This document shows positions 42,100 to 55,447 of a stretch of 64,000 nt of DNA, one piece after another; position 1 is the stretch's first letter, and every line of letters starts with the position of its first letter. The notes under the pieces were generated by a model. It worked only from the letters and a program-made list of their open reading frames with translations, ran no database searches and had not been told where the DNA came from. The stretch lies in contig OX597824.1 in NCBI GenBank assembly GCA_951406725.2, forward strand, positions 36,332,001 to 36,396,000, given 5' to 3'. Origin of the DNA: Octopus vulgaris. Its lineage: Eukaryota. The position numbers were made by a program, and so were the translations under genes.

Positions 42100-42790
42100 A
42101 GAATTAAGTTTATGTCAAGATTAAAAATTCTATATACCAGTGTATAATCAGTACTCGTAATAAAGTACGATTTTACATTGGAAGCACATCGTTAGAGTTA
42201 TCTAAAAGAATTTCTATCCATTACTCAACATTTAGGGATAGAAATAAAGGTAATAGTACCGGTCTCAGCAAACTCATTTGGGATCTAAAAGACCACAATG
42301 AACAATTTCATTTAGAATGGTTGATTCCCTCAATCTCGATACCTTATGACAAAGGCAAGGAATTCTGTCTTCTCTGCAATTCTGAGCTATTTTTCATTAT
42401 TTTTTCTAAAAATCCCCTAGTAAACACGGTTATAGAGCGAGCATACAGATGTAAACATTGGCAAAAACACACCTTTAGTGCATATAAGTAGTCTCTATCA
42501 TTATATATAATTTAAACTTTAATTTCCTTTATATTTAACATTCACTATTAATATCCCTACTCTTTCTGTAAGCTACTTATGACGTTATATCATAAAACGT
42601 TCTTTTAAACAATATTAATAGCGTTCAGTTCATCGCTCTACAAATCCATCATTTTTTGCTAAAATGTCTTATTGACGAGTTTCGTTTTTTTCACTTTCCT
42701 GAAGAGAAGATTGCATTGTTTATACCATTTATTCTTTTGAATACTATCAGTGGAATTTTCGAAACATGTGTCGAAAGTAAAACTATTTGA
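42100..42790 (+). mobile_element. Penelope-like GIY-YIG C-terminal remnant with hammerhead motif
   Basis: STGLSKLIWDLKDHNEQFHLEWLI..PYDKGKEFCLLCNSE, similar to 16050-16280; CTGAAGA (42699)...GAAACATGTGTC. Confidence 0.65.
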
Positions 42791-42819
42791 TTTACACATG
42801 CGTTAAACTCCATTTATTT

Positions 42820-42917
42820 ATTCATATATATATATGTATATATATACATAAATATATATACATATACATATATACATATATATGTACATATAAACACGTA
42901 TACACACATATATACAA

Positions 42918-42954
<37 letters not shown>

Positions 42955-43474
42955 TACATATATACATATATATACATACATACTTATAGAAATATGTATA
43001 TATATATATATATACACATATATGTATATCCATACACATATTCACATATATATATATACATATATATATATACATACATCTATACATATACATATATATT
43101 TATATATATACATACATATCTACATACATATACATATATATATATATACATATCTACATATATATATATATACATATTTACATACATACATATATATATA
43201 TAAATATCTACATACGTACATATATATATGCATATCTACATACATATATATATATACATATCTACATACATATATATATACATATCTACATACATACATA
43301 TATATATATATACATATCTACATACGTACATATATATACATATCTACATACATACATACATATATACATATCTACATACATACATACATACATATATACA
43401 TATTCATATCTACATACATATCTACATACATACATACTTACATACAAACATACATACATACATACATACATACA

Positions 43475-43510
<36 letters not shown>

Positions 43511-43530
43511 TGTATGTATATTAATATATG
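42820..43530. repeat. Long degenerate (TA)/(CATA)n microsatellite
   Basis: Direct reading. Confidence 0.95.
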
Positions 43531-43899
43531 GGTACAGGACGTCACCAACTGTGTAAACAACATGAAATACGAAGATAAACAAGTCAATACACAAACAACG
43601 AAAGAAAAATGGAGAACAAGACAAGTAAGTAGAGAGAGCGACCCTTCATCAGTTGGCGGCTGCCTATAGACTCCTCATTTCGAGCATCAATGTATGCATT
43701 TTACTCCACATGTATTACACACGTTGCTAATAGTTTCACGTACAGGTGGTGATTAGGTTTGTGATCTTTTAGCAAAATAAAACCCTCTCTCTTCGTTAAA
43801 CACTGTAATCTATCATCTGTATTACTACGATTCGCAAGAATTTTACCGTCCTGTTGATGTCATAGTATTTTTTTACCGTTGATTTTTTAAATTATATTT

Positions 43900-44310
43900 G
43901 GCAGTAATGGTATCGATTATTAGTCTCTTATAAATCTCTTTAGATACTTCACACAAATTATTAGTTTTATCTGAAAATACTAATTTTTATTAGGATTTCA
44001 AAAAACTTTTGATGTCCGAAAACATTTTAGATTGGAAGGGATTATGATACAAAATCTAATGTTAGTGACTAAATTAAGGAGGTAAGACTCAAATGGAACT
44101 AAATTTTTAACAGAAGAAGAGTATCTTTTTGTTTCCAAATCATAATATTCTTTATATGATGTAGGTATTCCAGCATCGAAAAATATTGCTTTCCACCGCA
44201 TTCTCCTCACGAGGTCCTCCACTTTCACAAGCAGTATTAAAAGATGTAGATGTTTTGATGGTATAGGTATATTCTTGGTTGAATAGACAATGTGGTATAA
44301 ATTCATATTC
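43900..44310 (-). mobile_element. Penelope-like ORF N-terminal remnant
   Basis: YSTKNIPIPSK...LLVKVEDLVRRMRWKAIFF. Confidence 0.6.
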
Positions 44311-45468
44311 GTGCGAAACTTAGTTGAATCCTTTTAAAGTGACTCTTTTATAAAGCAATCATGCCAATCATATCATACATGAATATGCAATCGAAATCCA
44401 GCGTAAGGAGGTGAATAGTAAATTGATTTGCGTAAAAAGGTGAACAAGAAGAGTACTCCATCTAATGAGAGTCTACTATTAATGTATGCGTTTCATTCCA
44501 CACGTATAACACGCGCTACTACTAGTTTGATGTAGATGAAAAGTATGTTCATCAGTCGATGATTATTCTATGACATCAAGAAGCTTAAACAGAGGACAGG
44601 GCGAAAAGATTTGCAAAAGCAAATAATATTTAATGGAAGATTCCACTACAGACGAGCTACCAAATTGAACCGATGCCGAGCGTTCAGATGAATTTAAATC
44701 GAAAATAAAAATAAAATGAAATGATAAAATTTTAATCTATAAAAATTTTAAGAATTAAATCAAATAATAAATGTCAATATATAAAATTTGAAAATATATA
44801 GAGATCTATAGATAATCCAAATGCTATACAACGTTCTCACTATCTACAGAGAAGTAAATGATGCATAGATGTCTCCATTAATCTTAATCTTCTGGATCCT
44901 TAACTTTAAATATAGAAACCATGTTAAAGGTGGGGTTTAAACCCCCTTAAACTAAGACAAAATACATGTTTTGAGAGTTATGATGGTTCAGTTATAGTAT
45001 TTTTTGAAAACTTTTCAAGACATTTATGAGATTGGAGAGACTTTTATGAAAAGAATGGATGAAAATTTATTTCAGAAACTAAAATATTACAGACTGGTGG
45101 AGGGAATAAATTATTGTATTATCAATTTTAATCTGTAGTGATTATTACTGATTTACTGTTTAATTTCCTGGAATGTAACCAATTAAGATTACTTCTAATT
45201 TTTATTGAATGGATTCTGTAGCTAAAGCAATTCATATTAACGAGAAAGAATAAATAAATAAGCAAATACCTCGATAATTCACCTTAAATGTCAGGTAGTA
45301 ATTTACAAATAACAGTGACTGCAATAACTCGTTGTGAATTACTTATAATGATAACAATTATTCAGTATGTTAATACAAAAATTTCTTCTCTTCAAGTGTT
45401 GGTAAGCAGTAGACTGAATTGATGTGGATACTGAGGGGGTGGGCGGCCCACGTAATGATTAGACTGAC

Positions 45469-45478
45469 TATATAAATA
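45469..45478 (+). promoter_or_regulatory. TATA box of module D
   Basis: TATATAAATA ~85 bp upstream of ATG 45554. Confidence 0.6.
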
Positions 45479-45553
45479 AGAGTCAGCAATGACTGAGATA
45501 CATCTTGAGCTGGGTTTTGAAAAGAGCAGAGGACTTGTGAATATTACACAATC

Positions 45554-45602
45554 ATGAGTCATTTGATGGTTATATTTTATTCCTGGCATCTCCTATTTGG
45601 CA
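45554..45602 (+). CDS. Signal-peptide micro-exon D (MSHLMVIFYSWHLLFG+a), exon 1 of M4 gene 2 (intron 45603-50424)
   Basis: ATG...GGC A|GTAAGT in phase with acceptor 50424, giving MSHLMVIFYSWHLLFGSLLLIKTSDA-AYR (656 aa precursor). Confidence 0.8.
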
Positions 45603-47720
45603 GTAAGTATATTTTCAAGAATTTTTTATTATTGAATTTACATGTATTTTATCTTTATATTTTCTGATTATGACAAATTACTTGTTTTCTACATGAAACA
45701 TTTTATAGAACTTAGGTTTTACTTATGGATATTATTTCAATACTTATATGATAGACAATGGAAAAAAATGAAGGGTAAAGTTGCTATCACCGTCGAGATA
45801 CGAATGCTGGTTTTAAATATATGATATTGATCACAGCAAAATATTTATTACTCATCTCTAGCATTGCAGTCAGGAGTCTGCTGAGGCACATACACTCAAA
45901 CACACGCTCGTTCGCTTTATTTTGGTCGCACTGCCTTCCAGACGTGTGCCAAAAGTTGGCCCTCTTGTGTTTATGTATCCAAACTTACTTTGATTGCTCC
46001 AGTTTTCTTTCTTGTGTTACAGAGTAAACATGGTTGCTCAACTAAAAGTGTTCACCAAGGAAGAATAGAGATCTGTGACCTATTTTTTCTGGTCTGAAGA
46101 TGTGTTAGGGGCTGAAATTCATTGCAGGCTTTAGTACGATACAGAGATATCACTCTACAACTTAGAAGTTCAATAATGGCAAGTCAAGCATGAACTTTGC
46201 TGCCAATGAACATCATTTGAATGTGTAGCGCCCTCTTTTTTCTTTCATTGAAGTACCTTACAAAAAACAGACCACAAAACTTGTTTGTGACAAGATCATA
46301 TTTTACAAAATTGGCGTTGAATAAATCCACTTTTCATATATTTTAGCTTTGCCATTATTTTAAACATGTTCCAAACGACACCTTGCTAATTTTGAATATT
46401 TGGAATCAAATATGATTTCAGCTGTATTTGACTGAATACACTTGTTGCTGATAAATATTGTTGCTTTCTCGCTTGTGTTCTGAGTTTTGTTCTAGACTGC
46501 GTTGTATTACTGTCTCTATAATTTCGCACAACTGCTTTAAAGTTTGATTAGCTCGGTGAAAAGCTCGGTGAAATCTGCAAATTCACTTGTTGATTTTTTT
46601 GGTATGGTTCCATATATCGTCAATTTGTTTTAGTTAAGATCGAAATTTTAGAGATCTCTTTTGGTTCTTATAGGATATCTGTGTTTTTGTCTTCCCACAT
46701 GAGTCAGACTTTGCTGACGTTTTTCTTCTTTGGATGGTAAATGTGAACATAGAACTAAGTTTTTTTTTCATGTGAAAAGAAATATAAAGAAAAGATAAAC
46801 TCAAAATATGCTTGAAATTCTTAATAGATATATTTCTATTTACTTAAATGGTTTCAAAATGTCATAATTTCTAAATGTTTTGTGAACTGGAGTGATGCAG
46901 AATTGGAGGTATATTTTTTATAATAATATACATACATGCATACAAACTTATATACATATATGCATACATACATACATACATACATACATACATACATACA
47001 TACATACATACATCATCACTGGAACTGTAAAAATCTGTAAAATTTTTTAGAAGTTTATGATTGAAAAAAGACCATATCTAGATATGTAAGTATATGCATG
47101 AGAAGGCATACGTAAAGCAAAAAATACAAATCTGCACGTACGCGTACATACAAACATACATACATACATACATACATACATACATACATACAAAAATACT
47201 CTGTTTATGTTGAAGTTCCAATGAAGGACCCTTGGATGCTGGGGGACAAACACAGACACGCAAACATATACACACACATAGCTAAGAGATATAAAATCCG
47301 TATGCCGTCTTCAGTATAATATACCCGAAAAAAATATAAATTCAAATTTTATCAAGTGGCCAGTGTATAAAAATATAAATTCAAATTTTATCAAGTGGCC
47401 AGTGTATAATAAAAACCATATAGGGACAATTAATACTGATATATAATTATACAGATACAATTATAGTAAATGGTTCTGATAAACATCAACACGCTAGAAG
47501 TAGACATCAAATAGCTCTAAACTATCTACTACCAGTCAACTTACCGCACCGAATTCCTTCTTCATCTCACTCTCTCTCCTATTTTTTCTTCATTCTTCCC
47601 TTCTCCCTACATTTATATACCTCTCTCATACTGTACTCTCTACACATTCTGATTGAATCTTCTTTGTGTCAAATGGTACCTCCTTGCAACAATATAACCT
47701 TGAATCTAATCAAGATATAC

Positions 47721-47807
47721 TTGGCCTGAAGAGTAGCCCGCGGTATACGCCTCACTTGGAATTTACCATTTCTGAAATTCCACTGGCTATGAAACATATG
47801 TAGCTGG
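47721..47807 (+). ncRNA. Hammerhead ribozyme-like motif in the gene 2 intron
   Basis: TTGGC-CTGAAGA-GTAGCC...GGCTAT-GAAA-CATATG-TA-GCTGG; stem I relies on G-U pairs. Confidence 0.55.
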
Positions 47808-47841
47808 GATTTTTCCTACTCCATTCCATAACTCTTGTATC

Positions 47842-47928
<87 letters not shown>

Positions 47929-48012
47929 GTGTGTGTGTATATATATATATGTATACAGAGAGAGAGAGAGAGGGGCGGAGAGAGGAGAAAGAGATAGATA
48001 TATACGTATATG

Positions 48013-49210
48013 TACTGGGTCGGGAAAAAATTTGAGCCGGTTTTTATGTAACATTCATTAACAATACTTAGATATTTGTACACACCTTTATTCAACCACA
48101 TACTTGCCAATTTGTTCCACTACTTTTCGTCATCTTTGAGGCAGCATCATGATCCCATCCTCCTAGAGCTTAGCATTTTCCTGGGTCAATGACTGATCTA
48201 AGTGGCTATTATAAATGATAATCCGAAGGTGCAAGGTCAGGTGAGTACGATTTGTTGGGCAGGACATCCAACCCAAACTGCACCAATTTCTGCCTGGTCT
48301 GCAAAGAATCGTGTGGTCTAGCGTTGTCCCTTTTGGTTGGCCAATTCTGGACGTTTTTCATCAATTGCCACCTTTAAACAGTCTAATTGGAAACAATAAT
48401 AGTCTGAATTTAACGTCTGATTTTGTGGAAGTAGCTTATAATACACAGTACCCTTCCAATCCCACCAGATACAGAGCATCACCTTCTTCGAATACAGACC
48501 AGTTTTGGAGAAATTGAAGGTGGTTCATCTCGTTTTCACCAGGACTTCTTTCGTTTTATGTTGTTGTAAATAATCCATTTCTCATCACACGTGACCACTC
48601 TTTTCCAAAGTGTATCAATTTTGTTTCCTCAGATTAGAGAACCGTAGATGGAAATGCGCTCGATTAAATATTTTTCTGTTAAGCTTTGAAGCACCCAAAC
48701 ATCGTAGCAATTCATATAACCAAGTGTTTTAAATATTTTATAACGCTCGCATGAGATACGTGGATAATCTCTGCGATGTCTCGTACTGTGTAACATAGGT
48801 TATTGTATTTTCATAAAAGTCTCAATTTGTTCATTATCAACGACTGCAGGCCTGCCAGAATGCTCACAATCATCTAGGTCAAAATTCTTAGTTCTAAACC
48901 TAGCGAACGACTTACAGAGAGTAGTTTCAGATATAACACCATCTCCGTAAACAGCGCATATCTTCTTTGCTGTTTGTCCAGCGTTTTTGCCTCCCCGGAA
49001 ACGAAAGAGCGTTAAATGAGGAATATGAATTTCATGCTCTTTCTTTTTCAATTTTATCGTAAGAACAGTAGAAGTAAATAATCCGCACAAATTTAAAATA
49101 GCAAAATGCGTTGAGATCCACTTTTCTAGAAAATATACTCGTCATTTTCTGTCACGTGATAAAACATATCACCTATTGAAGAACGCGACGAACTTTTTTA
49201 CTAACCCAAT
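48013..49210 (-). mobile_element. Decayed mariner transposon
   Basis: N-terminal HTH remnant HIPHLTLFRFRGGKNAGQTAKKICAVYGDGVISETT...RFRTKNFDLDD.EHSGRP; degenerate TIR-like ends. Confidence 0.8.
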
Positions 49211-50424
49211 GTATGAATATTTGTATCCATATATTTGTATGTATATGTATATAGATCTGGGTGTGTGGGTATACTTTTCATGTGATAATGTATACATATA
49301 TTTCCACTGATAGATCTAATTACAGTTTCTTTGCATCTAAGTGTACCTTTCCTTATAAAGCCTTAACATTAATGTTATTTCAAGGGAGTGGGGCCTTGAA
49401 TTTCATTCCCTTCACACATGTGTTTGTCTTCTCACTGATAATGCTTTTGGGTGTATATGCATAAATGTAGATGTTTCTTCCCAAATAAATTTCACTTCAT
49501 ATTTCAGGCTCTGATGAAGCAATGTGGTGTTTGTTTCGCAGGAACTCAACTATGAGTCTACATCATCTTACTGCAGAAACAGTTGTACAGTAATGACGTT
49601 CACAATACAATTGTTTATCATTCTGTCGTCTGATTTTTGATACTCTGACGATTAGTGGGCCTGGGCTGGTAGCTGAACTTACAAATTCGTCGCAGAAAAA
49701 GGTGTCACAGTAATTTAACTTACCTGTGGATACAGGGAAGAATGACTTTAGAAATCTAAGAGAAAGATGTCATTGCTAGGAATAATGGATTTACTGACAT
49801 AAATCTTACATACCTTTGTTGAGATCAATGGCTCGGGAAGTGAATTTCTGGGGAACAGAATGTAATACTTAACTCAATTTATGCATCAAATGCCATTTAT
49901 AATTTATGCAGTGGTGTACACATGTAAATGAGTTACAATAGAATCTTTATAGAAAATATTTGTAATGTGTTTGGAATTGTTCACTTTTATGTTCTGTTGA
50001 AATATTACATAAACGATGTGCAGACCTTAGTTAACTTGTAGTTTCCAGATACTGATTGTTGTTTTACTAAAAGGACACTCGCTTCCATTCACTTAAAACT
50101 AATCACTCCTTGTAACAAATCACCTCCCTATTTCATCAAATATTAAATTAACTGCATGAACAAACTGAATTTCTCTTTGGATGAAATTATTCGCACTAAA
50201 ATAGGTTTGACTGATGTAATTTTTTTTATTGGACAATATATTTGAAATTATAAGCTCATATTTCTATTAATTTGAATTGCTAATTTAATTCTTTTTTAAA
50301 TAGATACAGACCTATTTCTGTTGTTCAGTCACTATGTTTGTATGTATTGTTAAAAAATTAGTCTTCTTTTAAAAAAATCCTGATGTTGCTGTTATTAATG
50401 ATTTTAATGCTTTCATTTTTTTAG

Positions 50425-52346
50425 GTTTGTTACTGATAAAGACATCTGACGCAGCTTATCGTGTTGATGCCCATGAAAGAGCAAGGAGGATGATTTATCA
50501 TCCCTCAGCTCCGTTTCAGCGGCGTCATTTAGATAAAGCTGAAGTAACAGTCAGAGATCTTCTTGGTTTGAAGGAGTATGAAGAAGTTGAAGAGTCAAAC
50601 CGTATCAAAACAGTTGAAGGCACAGAAGTTTTACGCTTACAAGAGAAGTTCTTAGGTGTTCCTGTTTTTGATGCTTCATTAACTGTTACAGAAGATAAAG
50701 ATGGACATTTGACTGGTGATGCAACAGGAACATTTATTCAAGGAATTGAAGATGATATTACAAATGTAAAACCAAAGCTTTCCAAATCAGATGTCTTTGA
50801 TATTGCTTTTAAAGCAGAGGGAGATGAGATTTACGCAAATAGTATCGAACCAGAATATGAAATTATGATTTTCATGGATGAAAATGACAAACCTCGATTA
50901 GTATACAATATTAATTATCGAATAGAAAATGAAATAGTTATTAAACGGCCTACATTTGTCATTGATGGTAACACTGGAGAAATACTGTTGAAATATAACA
51001 ATTTAGATACAATTTCCAGAGTACTGACTGGTTCCGGCGGTAATGAAAAATCAGGAATATACAAATTTAGTGAGAAAAATCACAAAGCTTTTGTAACTCA
51101 AATTGGTGACATGTGTTTCCTTGAAAACAATTATGTAAAGGTTATAGACATGCAAAACAGTTTTGAGGCAGACTCTAATAATACAGATCCTATGTATTAT
51201 CTTTGTGACGTTGGTTTTAATGATAGTGTCAATGCAGCGTCATCTCCAGCACTTGATGCTTTCTATTACGGCAGTGTAGTATCTCAAATGTTTCAGGAAT
51301 GGTATAATACTTCAATACTAAACGAACAAGCTATATTGCGTGTTCACTTTGGAGAAGATTTTGAAAACGCATTTTGGGATGGGACATATTGCACATTTGG
51401 TGATGGCTATAAATACTTTTATCCTTTAACAGATGCTGATATTATCGGGCATGAACTTGCCCATGGCTTCACAGAACAACACTCTGGATTGCTTTACTTT
51501 AATCAGTCTGGATCTATGAATGAGGCTTTTTCTGATATGACTGGAGAGGTCACTGAAGCTTATGCAAGTGGGAATGACTGGTTAATTGGCTTCAACATCA
51601 TGAAAGATGAGGAAGCATTGAGATTTATGGCAGACCCATCCCTGGACAATATATCTATAAGTCATGTAGATAACTTCACAGAAAATATGAATCCCCATCA
51701 TGGAAGTGGTATTTATAATTTTATTTTTTACTACATTGTGCAGGAATTAAATATGGATATCAAGGAAGCTTATCGAGTTTTCCTTATTGCCAATGAAATA
51801 TATTGGCATCCTCATACAGATTTCACTTCAGGGGCTTGTGATACTTTGAAGGTTGCCTATGATCTTGGGAAAGATCTAACCCCCTTTATTAAAGCCTATG
51901 AACTTGTGGGAATTAAACCATGTGATGTAGAGAAACATATTCGAGGATTGCCATTTAACAAAACAGTCTCAGGTATCACAGTGTCAGTTAAAACAAACCC
52001 AGTCTTTGATTTTGTTTATCCAAGCTGGGCTGGGAATATTACAATTACTGCCACTAGTATGTGTGGCAAAGTTCATATTAAGGTATCAAAGAGCAATATG
52101 ATAACAGAGGAAGAAGGTTCAGATGGTTCAGATCTAGTTACATTATTAGCTGAAGGCACATCAGAATTGAATTTGGGGAAGCCTGAAGGACATAAGTTCT
52201 TTGTCAAATTATCTCCAGAATCTACTGAAAATTTACAGGATGTTAGTATACGTGTTACTTATGGCTGTGATCCAGATTATGTTGGAGAGTCATATATGAG
52301 TTTTATAGTTCAAATGATGATTTGTAATGAAGATTATGGGTATTAA
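50425..52346 (+). CDS. M4 (thermolysin/elastase/vibriolysin-type) zinc metalloprotease, gene 2, large exon 2
   Basis: 639-codon frame after TTTCATTTTTTTAG acceptor; ENAFWDG, FGDG..FYPL, HELAH (51450-51464), GSMNEAFSD, ALRFM, PHHGSG. Confidence 0.95.
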
Positions 52347-52358
52347 ATATATAATCAG

Positions 52359-53288
52359 ACTAGCTTAAAGTGACACGCTCTACGCGCGGGTGAGTGTGTG
52401 GTTGTTACTTTGTGTTGCTTCCTTTCTATATCTTATCAGCACATTCTCCCTCTTTGTTTCTCTCTCCTTTCTCTCTCACTTTCCCACTCTCTTACTCTTC
52501 CTTTCTCTCGGACTCTCCCTCGCTTTCTCTTACTCTCTATCTTTCTCTATCTATCTATCTCCCATTTATAAAGAACAAAACATCTTGAGTGAGTTGAGAA
52601 AGAAGTATTTTGTAAGATCAATCACAAATATCAGGCAGCGACAACGAAAGGCCTGCTTCAAGGCAGACAGCAAAACACTAAAATTTAGAAGGGACAGGCG
52701 AACTTGCGAGCTGAACAAAAATGAAAAAAATATTGGAAACTAAATTTTTTATCTTGATGTAACAGAGAATTCCTAAACACACCCTCCTGTGAATTTTAAT
52801 CCCCTTCCAGTCCCATTTAGACCCCTTTTCATATAGAAATCCAATTAGTATCAACGTAATCATTCACCGTTCTGAAAGGCCTGTGGCGGGAATATTTAAA
52901 CTTTTGCGGTTGTCAAAACTTTCTCTCTATAAATACAGACAGACATACAGTAAGAGAGGTAGTGATAGAAAGAATAACAGCGACGGCGAAGCTGTCAAAC
53001 GTCGTTATAGAGAGTAATTGGAGGGGAGGTAGGAAAGAGAGAGACGGAGGAAGAGAGGGTGATATACGAAAGGGAAAAAGCATAAACACTTGTCAAAATG
53101 TGGGTTTTGTTGCCCTAGAAACCACAGCTTTTGAGATAGGGGTTTCTAGCACTAGTCCACTCACTTCCTCGCCTCTTTTTACATGTCCCTGTAAATTTTG
53201 GAGCCAATCCGATCCCATCTAGTACCCCTTAACCCGTTCCAATCGCAAAATGAGACAAACAAACTTTTCGCTTTTCAGCTTTATAGAT
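52359..53288 (+). mobile_element. Helentron-like element inserted just after the gene 2 stop codon
   Basis: Starts ACTAGC..ACGCTCTACGCGCGGGT as at 54311; 3'UTR homology to gene 1 resumes at ~53310. Confidence 0.65.
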
Positions 53289-54310
53289 GTTGATGTTTAA
53301 CTAATGATTTCATGAATAATTAATATATCCAATAATCTACAATTTAATCAATAGATATTTCATAATTGCTTGCATTTGCAGATGAGAGCAATTTTTTTTT
53401 TTTTAATATTTAATTGAAAATACAAATGGAAAATGAAAACATACATAATTTGAATCTTAATTGTTACATTAAAGAATACCATATTTCAAATTTCAGAATT
53501 ATCCTCTTTTATTTTACTGATGTACTGCATTTGTAATGTTTGCAGACTTTTGAATGTTGCACTGCCACTCAGAGTTCCCATGTTAAATCCACTACAGTAG
53601 TAATTGGAAATGGAAAATGAAGCCAGTAGTAGAAAATAAAAAAAAATAAAATAAAATATCCAGCTGTATGCCTAGAGAACAGATAAGCGATAAGCATAGG
53701 GTTAGACCCAAGAATATGCAATAGTGTGTCGTTTAGATTTGAAGAGTAGGAAGAAAAAGAGAGAAAAGGGAACAAAGAGGAACGAAAGTAAAGAAAAACA
53801 ATGGTCATCATTAAGTGGAAAAACTAACAGAAGTGAGGAGAGATTTTACTGACTGCCACAATCTTGTCGTCCAATTTAGTAAGGATAAAATGGTGATGTT
53901 CTCTCTGCGGATATACAAGGCGCTAGTACAACCGGTCTACCCACCTACTTCATAGAACATACACCTACACGCCAACAGAAATACACGTAGATATACACAC
54001 ACACATACTAACACAAACACACACACACACACATGCATGAACACACAGAACATGTAAACACGTATTCGCACGTAAATACATATACAAACACACGTGTGGC
54101 TAATGGCGCGCGGTTACCCATAGCACACACACACACTCACACACACACACGTATATATATATATATATATATACATGTATACATACGTTCGATATATATA
54201 TATATATAAATGAAAGAATGGAGTCGAACGAAGATGTTAACAAAATTCCTCTACCATGCTGATGATAAACATAGGATAATTCATTCACCTATTTAAATAT
54301 ATATATATAT

Positions 54311-55395
54311 ACTAGCTGAAGGTGACCCGCTCTACGCGCGGGTAAGAGTGTGGTTGTTACTTTCTGTTCAAATCTCTTTATTACATTCGTGAAAACACGT
54401 GAATATACTTTGTAAACAGTTCATCTACAGTTTTGTACAACGATCGAAGTGTAATTTTAATTCCGTGAATTTTGGGAGATTTTTTTCCAAAATTTGTTCC
54501 TATTGTGTTTTCAAACTTTGTAATTCTGACAAAAAATGGATACGAATTTCCTCATATCAAGCAGCGAGTCAGAATTCGAAGGATTTTCTACTGAAGACCT
54601 TGATAAATCTAACTCTATGACTGAAAAAAAAAAGCACGTGGTATTTGATAATGAATCTGATGTTTCATTTTCCGAAAGTGAAAACAGTGAATCCAAGAGC
54701 TCCGACAGCGATAAAGAAAATGAATTGGCACCTGAATGGAGGGAAAATTTAAAAACTGTTTCTTTCGGTGATTTTTCTGAAGAAACTGGACCAAGCCACT
54801 GACTTTCCCAGGAGAGTAAAGCCTTAGACTATTTCTTTTTACTTTTTCGAATGAGCCTATTAGAAATCATTACGGCGGAAACGAACCGTTACGCTAAATG
54901 TAAACAAAGCGAAAGAAAGGATAGTTAGTGGTTTCCAACAACCTTAAATGAAATTAAGACTATTTTGCCATAAATATTATTATGGGTATCAGAAAGTTAC
55001 CCAGAATAACAAATTCTCTTGTAAAATTTTGTTGTATACCCAATTGAATATTAGCTAATAACCCATTTTCTATAGCGATGTTTGAACAAAATTTTAATAA
55101 TTTTATATTTTGTGGAATTTACCTGTATCTACCTGCAATTAGAGTCACTTTGTGACAAAAATTATAGTATAGAATTGGTTGAGAACATTTCATTCAATTA
55201 TCTTCCAAAATTCACGTTAATATATTGATAAATAAAAAAGTTATAGTTGTTTAATGAAACCAGACTAACTTTATGATTATGTTAGAAATTAATTGAAACA
55301 CATAAGGGGTGTATTTTGGTCAGAAATATAGTAACGAAAGGGTTCATAGGTGTGCATATTTTCAGGTGAACTGACCGACCACATAATGCACACAT

Positions 55396-55400
<5 letters not shown>
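54311..55400 (+). mobile_element. Helentron-like element carrying a piggyBac transposase N-terminal fragment
   Basis: ACTAGCTGAAGGTGACCCGCTCTACGCGCGGG start; acidic SSSESEFEGFS, LEIITAETNRYA, WFPTTLNEIK, IMGIRKLPRI. Confidence 0.6.

Positions 55401-55447
<47 letters not shown>

Larger units (their letters stand above)
44850..46430 (+). repeat. Segmental duplication unit D (promoter, micro-exon, 5' intron), near-identical to 62460-64000
   Basis: Long near-identical stretches; the predicted ORFs 45821-46027 and 63370-63597 are almost the same. Confidence 0.92.

Noticed and set aside
42787-43669. YI/HT-repeat ORFs here and at 10983-11408 and 55720-57171
   Set aside because: (TA)n/(CATA)n/(GT)n microsatellite translations
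45392-46027. Duplicated short ORFs (45392-45589, 45821-46027; 62912-63160, 63370-63597) as conserved small proteins
   Set aside because: Similarity is explained by recent segmental duplication; one is antisense to the promoter/micro-exon and the other lies in intronic, probably TE-derived, sequence
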